Assembly: GCA_022841915.1 (NCBI GenBank)
Contig: JALHQN010000004.1
Span: forward strand, 280,979-344,978
Direction: 5' to 3'
From: Burkholderiales bacterium
Lineage (GTDB): Bacteria; Pseudomonadota; Gammaproteobacteria; Burkholderiales; WYBJ01
Length of the DNA stretch: 64,000 nt
In this document: positions 37,675-47,878 of the stretch, piece after piece
Layout of the letters: every line of letters begins with the position of its first letter
How positions within the stretch are numbered: position 1 is the first letter of the stretch
Translations under genes and position numbers: made by a program
The notes under the pieces: generated by a model
Told to the model about the DNA's origin: nothing
The model's database searches: none
The model's input: the letters and a program-made list of their open reading frames with translations, nothing else

Positions 37675-38856
37675 CTAGCCCTTGCCCGGGCTGCGGCGCA
37701 GCAGCTGGATTCCCGTCAGCAAGGCCGGAATGCCGCACACGACGAAGCCGATGCCATAGCTGCCGGTGGTGTCGAGCAGCAGCGCATACATCAGCGGCAG
37801 CGCCAACGCGCCCAGTTGTCCGAACGAGAGCACGCCACCGGTCACGCCGCCGCGCATGTCCTGAGGTGCGGCCTGTGCCGTCTCCGCCAGCAGCACCCCA
37901 TGCCAGGACAGCGCCGTGGCGCTGAGCACGCAGGCCACCACGCCGACGGCGATCGTCGGCCAGCCGGGCGTCGAGAAGGCCAGCACCATCACGCTGCCTG
38001 CCATGCCGAAGGCCAGCCATGCCATCATCACTCGCGGCGACACATAGGTGCTGCCCAGCCAGCCCCAGACGATACGACCCGGCACTGCGACGGCCATCGC
38101 CACCGAGAAGAGAAAGCCCGCCGCCACGAGCGAGTAGCCCAGCGTCGTCAGATAGACGACGAAATACGCGGTGACCACCGCCTGCAGCCCGTTGAAGGCG
38201 AGACAGGCGAACGACAGCGCACGCAAGCTCGGCGTGGCGAGCACCGCGGTGAGCGTGGACCTGAAGTCGGACAGCCGGAAGCTGCGCGTAGGCACGCGGT
38301 CGTCGTCGAACGACTTGCGCAACGGCTGCAGGACGAGCGCGAACACGGCGCATGCCACGCCGCTCCAGACCATCGTCGAGCGCCAGCCCATCCATTCGGT
38401 GAGGCGCGGCCCGAGCAGGCCCGCGAGGAGCAGCCCGGCGGGCACGGCCGTCTGCTTGATCGAGAACACCAGCGGCAGGTAGCGCGGCGACGAGCAGCGG
38501 CTCAGCAGATGGGAACTCGCCGGCGTGGAGAGCGCCGCGCCGCCTCCGCCGATGATCGCCGACAACACGAACGCCAAGGGGGTGCCCAGGGCCGAAAGCA
38601 CGGTGCCGATGGTCAGCAGCACGAGCGCCATCTGGCTCATGCGCAGCGCGCCGTAGCGGACGATGAAGCTGCCGCAGCCCAACTGCACCACCAGGGCCGC
38701 GAGTGCGGTGATGCCGAAGTACATCCCGATCCAGGCGGGCTCGAAACGCAGATCCGAGATGATCGCAGGCGCGATCACGGCGGGCAGGGAGCGGCCCAGC
38801 GCGACGAAAGTCTGCTGAAAGAACATCGCCCCGAGGGCAAGCAACAGTTGATTCAC
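37675..38856 (-). CDS. MFS transporter
   Basis: 393 aa, about 12 hydrophobic segments, and an internal basic loop. It is divergent from the candidate selenoprotein gene. Confidence 0.85.
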   Translation of the reverse strand: MNQLLLALGAMFFQQTFVALGRSLPAVIAPAIISDLRFEPAWIGMYFGITALAALVVQLGCGSFIVRYGALRMSQMALVLLTIGTVLSALGTPLAFVLSAIIGGGGAALSTPASSHLLSRCSSPRYLPLVFSIKQTAVPAGLLLAGLLGPRLTEWMGWRSTMVWSGVACAVFALVLQPLRKSFDDDRVPTRSFRLSDFRSTLTAVLATPSLRALSFACLAFNGLQAVVTAYFVVYLTTLGYSLVAAGFLFSVAMAVAVPGRIVWGWLGSTYVSPRVMMAWLAFGMAGSVMVLAFSTPGWPTIAVGVVACVLSATALSWHGVLLAETAQAAPQDMRGGVTGGVLSFGQLGALALPLMYALLLDTTGSYGIGFVVCGIPALLTGIQLLRRSPGKG

Positions 38857-39158
38857 TGAGCGCAGGTCGAAGTCGGCAATGGATCGACAGGGCGCGGAAG
38901 AACACGCCGAGGCGAGCCAGCGCCGCGGAACGGAAAGGACGAGGCCATGATCTGGCCATGCTTATTCTGCACTGCAATGTATCCGCGCGACCGCGGCAGC
39001 GTCAACCGATCCGGCGTTCGACTCGGCGAGCGGCATCGCGTGGCCGGCTGCAGTCCGCCATGCGCGAGCCACGGCGTGTCCACGCTCGCTTGAAAATGGG
39101 GGGTGCGTCTGCGGTAGTGCCGAGCTATCCTTTCGAGTACATCAAGAGGAGGTCGCAC

Positions 39159-40853
39159 ATGAACGGCAAGATGAGCGTGGTCAGTCCCGCGGGTCTGCAA
39201 TTGCGTACGATCGGAGCGGTCAGCCCGCATCTCGACACGCTCGAAGGCAAGACCATCGGCGAGGTCTACAACAACCACTTCAAGGGCGAGTTCATGTTCC
39301 AGACCTATCGCCGCTTGTTCAAGGAGAGGTTTCCGGGGATCAAGATCATTCCCTACGATCAATTCCCGATCGTCTACGTGGGCGGCGATCCCGCCTCGCA
39401 GAAGAAAACGGCCATGGAGATCGCCCGGCTCGCCAAGGAGCGGGGTGTCGACGCGCTCATCTCCGGCAACGGCGGTTGAGGAACCTGCACTCCGTCCTCG
39501 GTGAGGCCGGCAGCTGAAGCAGAACGAGCAGGGATCCCCAGCGTGGTGGTGACCACCACGGGGTTTACAGCCATCGCCAAGGCGGTGGGCAAGGCCGAGG
39601 GCATGACCGGACTGCGCGTGGCGGAGTATCCCGGTGCGGTCGGCGTGCACCCGGAGGCTCTGGTGGAAAAGAACGTCGAGAACGTGCTCTTCGACCGGAT
39701 CGTCAGCGAACTCACCCAGCCTCGCGCCGGCGAGAGCCGGGAGGGCTTGGGCTCGGTGCGGCGTGCGAGCGACATCGTCTTCGAAGGCGACTTCGACGAG
39801 GTCAACGAGTACTTCAAGGCGCAGTCCTGGTCGGACGAATTGCCCATCGTTCCGCCGACCTTGGCGCGCGTCGAAGCGTTCCTGAAGCACACGACGCGCA
39901 GGCCCGACGAGCAGATCGCGGTCTTGCCGCAGGCCAATCTCTCGGCCGTGCCGTTGAACATCGCTGCCAATGCGGTCATGGCGGGGTGCCGTCCCGAGCA
40001 CATGCCGGTGCTGATCGCGGCGGTCGAGGCGATCGCGGACAATGCCTACAACCTCGCCAACATCGGCAGCACCTGGGGCGTGCTCCCCTTCCTGCTCGTC
40101 AATGGGCCGGACGCAAAGCGGCTCGGGATCGAGAACGGCGCGCAGTTGGTCAACAAGGGCGCGAACCCCGCGCTCGGTCGTGCACTGGGGCTCATCATCA
40201 AGAATATCGCGGGCTACCAGTTCAGCCGCAACTACATGGGCACCTTCGGCTATCCGATGAACTTCGTGGTCGCCGAGAACGAAGCCGAGTGTCCCTGGGA
40301 GCCCTACCACGTCGAGCACGGCTTCGACCGGAACGACAACACCGTCACCGCCTGCGGCACGGTGACTTGGGGCTGGCCGCCCGCCATCTACGGCACCGAA
40401 GAGAAGTCCGCGGCCGATTCAGCCTTGGAACACCTGGCGATCGAAGTCACCAAGAAGCCGTGTCTCGCACGGCTGGTCGAACGCGGCGAAAACGGCTTTC
40501 GCAATATGATCACCTTCCTGATCGCGCCGCCGGTGGCCAAGGCGCTTGCGGCTGCAGGCTATACCAAGCAGCACATCCGCGATTATGTCTACGAGCATGC
40601 ACGGGTGCCTTACCGTGAGCTCGAATTCCTGATCGAGTACGGTCATTCGGAAGCGTTCAAGATTCCGGACATGGTGGAGCGCGGCCTGCTGACCAAGGAG
40701 TACCTGGTCAAACCCGACGACATGGTGCGCGTGCTGCCGAGCCCGGATGTGATCAACATCGTCGTCTGCGGCGATCCGGATCGCAACCGGGTGATGGTGC
40801 TCTGGGGCGGCTACGTGAGCCCGGTCACGCGCAAGATCGATCTTCGGGCTTAG
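39159..40853 (+). CDS. Candidate selenoprotein: UxxC (U-G-T-C) N-terminal domain fused to a roughly 350-aa domain of unknown function; the in-frame TGA at 39477-39479 is read as Sec (residue 107)
   Basis: ATG 39159 is preceded by AAGAGGAGG. The ORF ends ...ISGNGG-TGA, and the next ORF (39501-40853) is in the same frame. The 7 intervening codons are sense (GTCTPSS). There is no SD before GTG 39501, and a hairpin follows the TGA. Confidence 0.6.
39490..39513 (+). promoter_or_regulatory. bSECIS-like hairpin downstream of the in-frame UGA
   Basis: CUCCGUCCUC-GGU-GAGGCCGG(C)AG: about 10 pairs with one mismatch and one bulge. The stem base lies 10 nt after the UGA and the apical loop contains GGU. 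Confidence 0.45.
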
Positions 40854-40940
40854 TCTCCCGAGGTCGCATAGCATGCGGCACGGCACCGGCGATTCCCCCT
40901 CGAGGGGGCTCGCCGGTGCGCCGCGCGCATCCTCGATCGC

Positions 40941-41939
40941 TCAATCAGGGTTCGCGCGGACTTCCTTGATGACCTTGGTCCAGCGCTGGAGGTCTTCGCG
41001 GATGAAGGCGTCGAAGGCTTCCGGCGAGTTCGGTGCCGGAACGACGCCGTAGAGGAAGAACTTCTTCACCAGTTCTGGATTCGACAGGGCCTTGTTGATG
41101 GCGACATTGAGCGTTTGCACGATGGCTCTGGGCGTGCCGGCGGGCGCGAGCACGCCCCACCAGCCGGTGTTCATGAACCCCGGAACAGTTTCGGCAATCG
41201 TCGGGATGTCCGGTAACGCCTCGATCTTGGTCGGGTGACCGACGCCTAGCATCTTGAGGCGCCCGGCCTTGACGTGCGGCAAGGCCTGAGGCGGAGACGA
41301 AAACGCCAACTGCACTCGCCCCGCGATCAGATCGATCATGAGCGGCCCGCCGCCTTTGTAAGGCACATGATTCAACTTGATGCCCGTGAGCATCATCAGC
41401 ATCACGCCGCCGAGGTGGTTCGGTGTGCCGGTGCCCGGGGAGCCGAAATTGAGCTTGCCGGGTGACGCGCGCGCGAGATCGATCAGCTCGCGCATGTTCA
41501 CAGCGCGCAAACCCGCGTGTGTCACGAGCGTGTAGGGTACGTCGACGAGGTAGCTGATCGGCGCGAAATCCTTGACCGGATCGTAGGCGACCTTGGTGCC
41601 CAGCGCGGGGCCCGAGACGATTCCCCCCGTGGTGCCGAGCAGGATGGTGTAACCGTCCGGCGCAGCTTTGGCCGCGATGCCGTGGCCGAGCGTGGCGCCC
41701 GCGCCCGGGCGATTGTCGATCACCACCGATTGTCCGAGCGCATCGCTCAGCTGTTGGCCGACCTCGCGCGCAGTGAAATCCGTCCCGCCGCCAGGTGGGT
41801 AAGGAACGATGAACCGGATCGGCCGATTCGGATAGTTCGACTGCGCCGACACTGCTGCCGGCAGCATCGTCAGGGAAGCGACAGCCGCCGCTGCCGCGAT
41901 CCACGTCCCGCGCACTGCACCCGCGTTGCACAAGAACAT
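40941..41939 (-). CDS. Bug/TctC-family substrate-binding protein (copy 6)
   Basis: ATG 41939 after GGAGGAGG. Signal peptide, SNYPNRPIRFIVPYPPGGGTD, YKGGGPL. Confidence 0.9.
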   Translation of the reverse strand: MFLCNAGAVRGTWIAAAAAVASLTMLPAAVSAQSNYPNRPIRFIVPYPPGGGTDFTAREVGQQLSDALGQSVVIDNRPGAGATLGHGIAAKAAPDGYTILLGTTGGIVSGPALGTKVAYDPVKDFAPISYLVDVPYTLVTHAGLRAVNMRELIDLARASPGKLNFGSPGTGTPNHLGGVMLMMLTGIKLNHVPYKGGGPLMIDLIAGRVQLAFSSPPQALPHVKAGRLKMLGVGHPTKIEALPDIPTIAETVPGFMNTGWWGVLAPAGTPRAIVQTLNVAINKALSNPELVKKFFLYGVVPAPNSPEAFDAFIREDLQRWTKVIKEVRANPD

Positions 41940-42201
41940 TGCGATCCTCCTCCAGGTATGCGCTAAGTCCGTCTTGATTCTACGAGAAGCGGGTGTCTCG
42001 CGTTGAGAAGATTCGCTGCTGCTTGGCCGATCCACTCGAGTGACCTCGCGTACATGTCAAAACGTTATTTCGGCGTCTGGATTTGTTCGGGCGTGCACTG
42101 ACGCGGCGACTTGTCGGGGTGCCAGCGCAGCAGGGTTGCGCCATGCCGGCGCTAGCCATCGGACTTGCTGTTCGGGGCGCGAGACATCCGGGAAGCGGAC
42201 T

Positions 42202-44910
42202 TCATGCGCGTGCCGCGCCGAGTCGCTCGATCGCCTCGGCCAGCGGGCGTTCGGAGTCGCAGTACTCCGCCCAGGCTTTGCTCTTGCGCAGTAACGAAGG
42301 CACGGTGCGCAGCGTGTAGCGCGCGGGATCGAGCTTCGCGTTGACCTGCGACCATGTGATCGGCATGGAGACCGGTGCGCCGGGACGCGCGCGAGGCGAC
42401 AAAGGGGCGACTGCAGTCGAGGTCAGGTCGTTGCGCAGGTAATCGAGGTAGATGCGGCCGGGGCGCACTTTCTTCGACATGTTGATGGTATAGCGCTTCG
42501 GACTGGCGGCGGCCATGCGCTGGCAGACTTCACGCGCGAACGCCTTGGCGATCTTCCAGTCGATTTCGTGCGTTGTCGATGCGCTCAGCGGTGTGACGAC
42601 GTGCAAGCCCTTGCCGCCAGTGGTCTTGCAAAAGCCCACCAGGCCGAGTGCCTGCAGCCGTTCGCGAATCTCCTTGGCTGCTTGGACCACGGCTGTGAAG
42701 TCGACATCGGGCCCCGGATCGAGGTCGAACACCAAACGACCGGGCTCCTCCGGGTGGCCGGGGCGGCAGTTCCACGGATGCAGTTCGACGCCGCCGATCT
42801 GAGCGAGTGCAGCCAGCGCTTCGATGCGGTCGATCTGCAGATAAGGCTTGGTGACGTCGAGCACCGCAACTTGCTCGAACAGATTCGATGCACCTCGCAT
42901 GGCATGGCGCTGGAAGAAGCGTTCGCCGTCGATGCCGTCGGGCGCGCGGACGATGGAGCAGGGGCGGCCTTCGATGTGCCCCATGAGCCAGGCGCCGACG
43001 TGCTCGAAGTAGATCGCCAGATCGAGCTTCGTGATGGCTTCGTTCCCTGCTGTCGCCGGCCACAGCGCTTTGTCGGCGCTCGACAGCGTCACGCCCATGA
43101 CGGTGGACCGGGCCTTGCGCGCAACTTGGCTCCGGGGCGCACGGGCGACGGGCTCGACGATTTCGACCTTGCTCGGCTTTGCCGGCTTGTCGGCTTGAAC
43201 TTCCGCAGCGGGCTTGTCTTCGCGCAGTCCCTTGAAGGCGCCTTGACGCACCCTGCCATCGCTCGTCCAGCCGGCGAATTCGATCTCGGCGACCAACACC
43301 GGTTCGACCCACGTGATGCCTGCCTCTTTGCGCGGAGCGCCGATCCCCGTGAAAGGCGACTGGGTCGTGGCATGCGCTTCGAGGCGGGGCAGAATGCGCT
43401 CGACGGTCTTCGCGCCGAACCCCGTGCCTACCCGACCAACATAGGAGAAATGCTCGCCTCGAGGGACGCCCACCAGAAGGGAGCGAAAGCGCCCCTCGGT
43501 GGTCGTCCACCCGCCGATGACCACTTCATGACCGCCGCGGCACTTCGATTTTTTCCATGCATCGAAGCGGCCGGATCGATAGGGGGCATCGAGCTTCTTC
43601 GACACCACGCCTTCCAGGGAGAGCTTGCAGGCCGAGCGTAGAACGGCGTCACCCGCGGTCTCGAAGTGTTCGACATATCGCAGCCGGGAGTCGGGTTTGG
43701 CCTCATCGAGCAGCTTCTGCAGTCTTTGCTTGCGTGCGGACAACGCCCGCGCCCGCAGATCCTCGCCGCCTTCGTACAGAAGATCGAAGGCGAAGTAGAC
43801 GAGATCCTGGGTCTTGCCTTCCGAAAGCGCGCTTTGGAGCGCGGCAAAATCCGGGACGCCCGTTTCGTCGAGAGCGACGACCTCGCCGTCGAGGATGCCC
43901 TCGGGCAGCGTGCTTGCCGCTGCAGCGATGGCCGAGAACCGGTCGGTCCAGTCGAGTCCCTTGCGCGTCTTGAGCGTGGCCTTGCCGGCTTCGATGCGAA
44001 GCTGCAAGCGATAGCCGTCGAGCTTCAGTTCGTGCCCCCAACCTTCGGCGTTGGGCGGACGGTCCACGCTTTCACATAGCTGCGGTGCGATGAAGTCCGG
44101 GAGCGGCACGGCCCGCGACCGTTCGGAATCGGATCGCTGTGGCTTGGCAGAGCCGGTCTTGCCCTTGGCGCGTTTGGACTCTGGGGAGACGCGGCCTCGT
44201 TCGGCGGCGGCGAGGCCCTGATTGCTGTCCCACACTGCGTTCGCCTCGGCGAGATCGCCCTCCAGCATGAAGCCATTCGGCCTGTTCCCCCTGCCGGCGG
44301 CGATCGCCGCCATTGCACGGCCGGAGGCAATGGAGCGATCTTCGGCCAGCAGTGCGGCGACCGTCTTGTCGTCGGCGGCGAATTCGTCCTTGTGTTTGAT
44401 CAGCAGCCAGTTGTCGCGCTTGCCGGCGTTGCGATCGTGTTTCAGGCGCACGAGCACCCAGCCCCCGCGCAGCCGCTCCCCGGCGAGGACGAACTTCAGC
44501 TCGCCTGCGGCCAACGCTTGCTGCGGCGACTGCCCCTGCTCCGGCGCCCAGAAGCCCCGGTCCCACAGTTGCACCGTCCCGCCGCCATACTGACCTTTCG
44601 GAATCGTGCCCTCGAAATCACCGTAATCGAGCGGATGATCTTCGACCTCGACCGCGAGGCGCTTGTCCTTGGGGTTCAGCGACGGGCCGCGTGTCACGGC
44701 CCAGGACTTGAACACGCCATCCAGTTCGAGGCGCAGGTCGTAGTGCAGGCGGGTGGCTGCGTGCTTCTGTACGACGAAGCGCAAGTGCGCCGACGGCGCG
44801 ACCTGCCGCTCCCCGCTCGGCTCGGCTGTCTGGGTGAAGTCGCGCTTGGCGCGATACGTCGAGAGCTTGCCTGGCCTGGATTTCGGCCGGACCCCTGCGG
44901 CACGGCTCAT
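42202..44910 (-). CDS. ligD: ATP-dependent DNA ligase D (NHEJ), phosphoesterase-ligase-polymerase domain order
   Basis: 902 aa with the PE domain ([18 protein letters not shown]), ligase motif I (ELKLDGYR) and a C-terminal LigD primase/polymerase domain ([13 protein letters not shown]). Its start overlaps the upstream stop by ATGA. Confidence 0.9.
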   Translation of the reverse strand: MSRAAGVRPKSRPGKLSTYRAKRDFTQTAEPSGERQVAPSAHLRFVVQKHAATRLHYDLRLELDGVFKSWAVTRGPSLNPKDKRLAVEVEDHPLDYGDFEGTIPKGQYGGGTVQLWDRGFWAPEQGQSPQQALAAGELKFVLAGERLRGGWVLVRLKHDRNAGKRDNWLLIKHKDEFAADDKTVAALLAEDRSIASGRAMAAIAAGRGNRPNGFMLEGDLAEANAVWDSNQGLAAAERGRVSPESKRAKGKTGSAKPQRSDSERSRAVPLPDFIAPQLCESVDRPPNAEGWGHELKLDGYRLQLRIEAGKATLKTRKGLDWTDRFSAIAAAASTLPEGILDGEVVALDETGVPDFAALQSALSEGKTQDLVYFAFDLLYEGGEDLRARALSARKQRLQKLLDEAKPDSRLRYVEHFETAGDAVLRSACKLSLEGVVSKKLDAPYRSGRFDAWKKSKCRGGHEVVIGGWTTTEGRFRSLLVGVPRGEHFSYVGRVGTGFGAKTVERILPRLEAHATTQSPFTGIGAPRKEAGITWVEPVLVAEIEFAGWTSDGRVRQGAFKGLREDKPAAEVQADKPAKPSKVEIVEPVARAPRSQVARKARSTVMGVTLSSADKALWPATAGNEAITKLDLAIYFEHVGAWLMGHIEGRPCSIVRAPDGIDGERFFQRHAMRGASNLFEQVAVLDVTKPYLQIDRIEALAALAQIGGVELHPWNCRPGHPEEPGRLVFDLDPGPDVDFTAVVQAAKEIRERLQALGLVGFCKTTGGKGLHVVTPLSASTTHEIDWKIAKAFAREVCQRMAAASPKRYTINMSKKVRPGRIYLDYLRNDLTSTAVAPLSPRARPGAPVSMPITWSQVNAKLDPARYTLRTVPSLLRKSKAWAEYCDSERPLAEAIERLGAARA

Positions 44911-45764
44911 AGCATGGGCTTGCCGCCCGTGACCGCGATGGTGGCCCCGGAGACGTAGCTCGATAGCGGATCGGCCAGCATCACGTAGGTCGTCGCGAGT
45001 TCGGCCGGTTGCCCGGGCCGCTGCATCGGCACCTGCTCCCCGAAGTGCATGACCGAGTCGTCCGGAAGCGTCGACGGAATGAGCGGGGTCCAGATCGGCC
45101 CCGGCGCCACGGCATTGACCCGGATGCCCTTGCTCGCCAGCAGTTGCGCGAGGCCCGCGGTGAAGTTCTGTATCGCGCCCTTGGTGGTGGCATAGGCGAG
45201 CAGCGAGGGATTCGGTTTGTCCGCATTGATCGAAGTCGTGTTGATGATCGAACTGCCCGGGCGCATGTGCGGTACCGCTGCCTTGGTCAGATAGAACATC
45301 GCATGAACGTTCACGCGAAACGTGAGCTCCCATTCCTCGTCGGAGATTTCGCCGATCTCCTGGAAGCTCGCCTGGCGGGCGGCGTTGTTGACGAGGATGT
45401 CGATCCCGCCGAGCTGGTCGACGGCCTGATCGATGAGGCGGCGGCAGTGGTCGGCGTGCTGGATGTCGCCCGGGCACAGGATCGCCTTGCGACCCGCATC
45501 CACCACCAGACGCTGGGTTTCGGTCGCATCGTGATGCTCGTCCAGATAGGACAGCAGAACATCGGCGCCCTCCCGAGCAAAGGCCAGGGCGACGGCTCGA
45601 CCGATCCCGCTGTCCGCGCCGGTGATGACTGCGCGCTTGCCCGCGAGTTTGTCGGAACCGCGATAGGTCGTTTCGCCGTGATCGGGCACGGGGTTCATGA
45701 GCCCGGTGACGCCGGGCATCGATTGCTGCTGCTTGGGAAAGGGGGGCTTCGGGTAGTCGTTCAT
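44907..45764 (-). CDS. SDR-family oxidoreductase (YghA/YhxC general-stress-type)
   Basis: 285 aa with [19 protein letters not shown], and YATTKGA. The N-terminal extension PKQQQSMPG is typical of this SDR subgroup. Confidence 0.85.
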   Translation of the reverse strand: MNDYPKPPFPKQQQSMPGVTGLMNPVPDHGETTYRGSDKLAGKRAVITGADSGIGRAVALAFAREGADVLLSYLDEHHDATETQRLVVDAGRKAILCPGDIQHADHCRRLIDQAVDQLGGIDILVNNAARQASFQEIGEISDEEWELTFRVNVHAMFYLTKAAVPHMRPGSSIINTTSINADKPNPSLLAYATTKGAIQNFTAGLAQLLASKGIRVNAVAPGPIWTPLIPSTLPDDSVMHFGEQVPMQRPGQPAELATTYVMLADPLSSYVSGATIAVTGGKPML

Positions 45765-45961
45765 GTCTGTGGGCCTCGTCTGTGCGTCCGCGCTCTGGTC
45801 GACATGGCCGACTGGTAGCATTTGCAATGCCCTGGGTCGGACGCGCGTACACTTTGGCGCAGTCGGGTCGTGGGCGCTGTCGCATCGTGAGTGCGCGACA
45901 GGATCGCCGAAGGCTCGTTTCCGGCGTTTGCACTGCCTTGTTTGCCGACACAGTCAATCCA

Positions 45962-47344
45962 GTGACCCGCGTCAACCCGCCCCATCTCGTAGCAGACCCG
46001 GTCGATGTGATCATCATCGGCGCGGGCGCCGCCGGCTTGGCGGCTGCGCGCGAATTGTCGCGTTCGCGCTTGTCCGTGCTCGTGCTGGAGGCCCGCGATC
46101 GGATCGGCGGACGCTGCTGGTCGCGCCACGAGCCCGGCCTCGCCGTACCGATCGAATACGGCGCGGAGTTCATCCACGGTCGTCCCCCCGCGACGTTTTC
46201 CTTGCTGCGCGAGGCGGGCGTGCGCGCCCTCGGACGCACGGGCTCGCGCTGGTTCGTGAACGATGGCGAGCTGCAGCCCAGCGACCGGACAGCACTGCTG
46301 GGAGAGGTCCGCAACGCGATGCTGACGAGCCGGCGGCCGAGTCATGACCTCTCCTTTCACGCGTATCTGAACGACCGTCTCGCCAAGCGCTTGTCCGCGG
46401 ATGCGGTCACGCTGGCTCAGCGCATGGTGGAAGGGTACGACGCCGCGGACCCCCGGCGCGCGAGTGCTCGTGCGATCGTCGACGAGTGGACCGGCGAGAG
46501 CACGGGCAACGACGCCTCCTACCGGCCGCAAGACGGTTACGGTGCCCTGCTCGCCTGGCTCGCGGCTGGACTGCGCGAAAGCACGGTGCAGTTGCGGCTG
46601 CATAGCGTCGTGCGATCGGTCCGATGGTCCGACCGCACCGTGCAGATCGAGGGCGACCGGCTTGGACACCTGTTCCGCGTGCGCGCCCGGCGTGCCATCG
46701 TGACGCTGCCGCTCGGCGTCCTGCAACGCCCCTCGACCGCGTCCGGCGCGGTTCGGTTCGAGCCGCCTTTGCGACAGAAACGTGCGCCCCTGGCGTCCCT
46801 GGCAAGCGGTGCCGCGCTCAAGGTGATCCTTCGTTTTCGCCATGCTTTCTGGGAGCGCATGCAGCAAGGGCGGTACCGGAGCGCAGGCTTCTTCCAAGCG
46901 CCCGGAGCGCCGTTCCCGACCTTCTGGACCTGCCATCCGCTGCACGCGCCGGTACTCGTCGCCTGGGCGGGCGGGCCGCGAGCGCAGCGCCTTTCGCGAT
47001 TGGACGACGATGCGATCGTCCAGTGCGCTCTGTCGAGCCTGAAACGCTTGTTCAGCGGCGCAGCCGACATCGACGCGCAGTTCGAAGCGGCTTATGTGCA
47101 CAACTGGCAGCGCGATCCTTTCGCAGGCGGCGCCTACTCGTATGTGAAGGTGGGTGGCGCAGGCGCGCGGAAGGCCTTGGCGGCGACGTTGGAGGACACG
47201 CTGTACTTCGCGGGCGAAGCGGCGGACTACGAAGGCGAGACGGGCACGGTGGCAGGCGCACTGCAAAGCGGGGTTCGGGCCGCGCACGAACTGCTGCAGT
47301 GCGTGGGCCGAGGAGACGACGGGCGCAAGCCGAAATCCGGCTGA
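45962..47344 (+). CDS. Flavin-containing amine oxidase-family (NAD(P)/FAD-binding) oxidoreductase
   Basis: Dinucleotide fold [20 protein letters not shown]...[11 protein letters not shown] and a C-terminal FAGEA motif. The start is uncertain: GTG 45962 is chosen and ATG 45827 is the alternative. Confidence 0.75.
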   Translation: MTRVNPPHLVADPVDVIIIGAGAAGLAAARELSRSRLSVLVLEARDRIGGRCWSRHEPGLAVPIEYGAEFIHGRPPATFSLLREAGVRALGRTGSRWFVNDGELQPSDRTALLGEVRNAMLTSRRPSHDLSFHAYLNDRLAKRLSADAVTLAQRMVEGYDAADPRRASARAIVDEWTGESTGNDASYRPQDGYGALLAWLAAGLRESTVQLRLHSVVRSVRWSDRTVQIEGDRLGHLFRVRARRAIVTLPLGVLQRPSTASGAVRFEPPLRQKRAPLASLASGAALKVILRFRHAFWERMQQGRYRSAGFFQAPGAPFPTFWTCHPLHAPVLVAWAGGPRAQRLSRLDDDAIVQCALSSLKRLFSGAADIDAQFEAAYVHNWQRDPFAGGAYSYVKVGGAGARKALAATLEDTLYFAGEAADYEGETGTVAGALQSGVRAAHELLQCVGRGDDGRKPKSG

Positions 47345-47360
47345 GCGTCCCCTGAGGCGG

Positions 47361-47786
47361 TCAACGATTCGACGGCATCGATGCGCCGAACGTCAGGTTC
47401 GCCCGAATCGCCCGCAGGATGTCGAAGCGGGTGATGGCGCCGACCAGCCTGCCGTCCTCGACGACCAGAAACCGTCGGAAGTCGCGCGTGAGGAACAGAC
47501 CCGCCGCAAAGTAGACATCCATGTCGGGCGGGATGGTTTCCGGATCGGGTGTCATGTAATCGGCGACCGTCCCGCGGGGCAGATCGCCTCCGACGCCTTC
47601 CGCGATCAAGCGCAGACAATCCTTCTCGGTCAGGATGCCGATCAGGCGCCCCGCCTTGTCCACCACGGGCGCGCCTGTCACGCGTTTTTCGAGCAGAAAC
47701 CCGACCGCATCGAGGATTCGGGTCTCCGGAGGCAGCGTCGCGACATGCTTGTCCATCTGGTCCCTGACAACCGGCAGCTTGGCCAT
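47361..47786 (-). CDS. CBS-domain pair protein
   Basis: 141 aa with two CBS repeats (VTGAPVVDKAGRLIGILTEKD and RRFLVVEDGRLVGAITRFD). Confidence 0.85.
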   Translation of the reverse strand: MAKLPVVRDQMDKHVATLPPETRILDAVGFLLEKRVTGAPVVDKAGRLIGILTEKDCLRLIAEGVGGDLPRGTVADYMTPDPETIPPDMDVYFAAGLFLTRDFRRFLVVEDGRLVGAITRFDILRAIRANLTFGASMPSNR

Positions 47787-47878
47787 GCGACCTCCTGCGA
47801 TCAGCAGTTGCGCGTCACATTGTAGTCACGAGTCGTGTCGGCGCGATAGCGGATTGTCGGTCACTCGGGCCGGCGTCG

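Noticed and set aside
38958-39158. The ORF-track start at 38958 for the first half of the candidate selenoprotein.
   Set aside because: The 67 upstream codons are Arg-rich with non-coding character. A strong AAGAGGAGG SD sits 6-7 nt before the ATG at 39159.
39501-40853. Two-gene reading of the locus: a 106-aa protein ending at TGA 39479, plus a separate protein starting at GTG 39501.
   Set aside because: This is not fully excluded but is disfavoured. The two ORFs share a frame with only sense codons between them, no SD precedes GTG 39501, the UxxC motif is created exactly at the TGA, and a SECIS-positioned hairpin follows. The reading remains the null hypothesis until homologues and sel genes are checked.
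45813-45826. TGGTAGCATTTGCA looks like a sigma-54 (-24/-12) promoter in the SDR/amine-oxidase divergent region.
   Set aside because: The GG-to-GC spacing is 10 nt, not the 12-nt register of the TGGCAC-N5-TTGC consensus, so it does not fit.
44911-46314. The N-terminal extension of the 1370-aa ORF (42202-46314) would make LigD much longer.
   Set aside because: The extension overlaps the SDR gene (44907-45764) in another frame and then runs antisense to the amine oxidase gene. The LigD phosphoesterase domain begins right after the ATG at 44910, which overlaps the SDR stop (ATGA).
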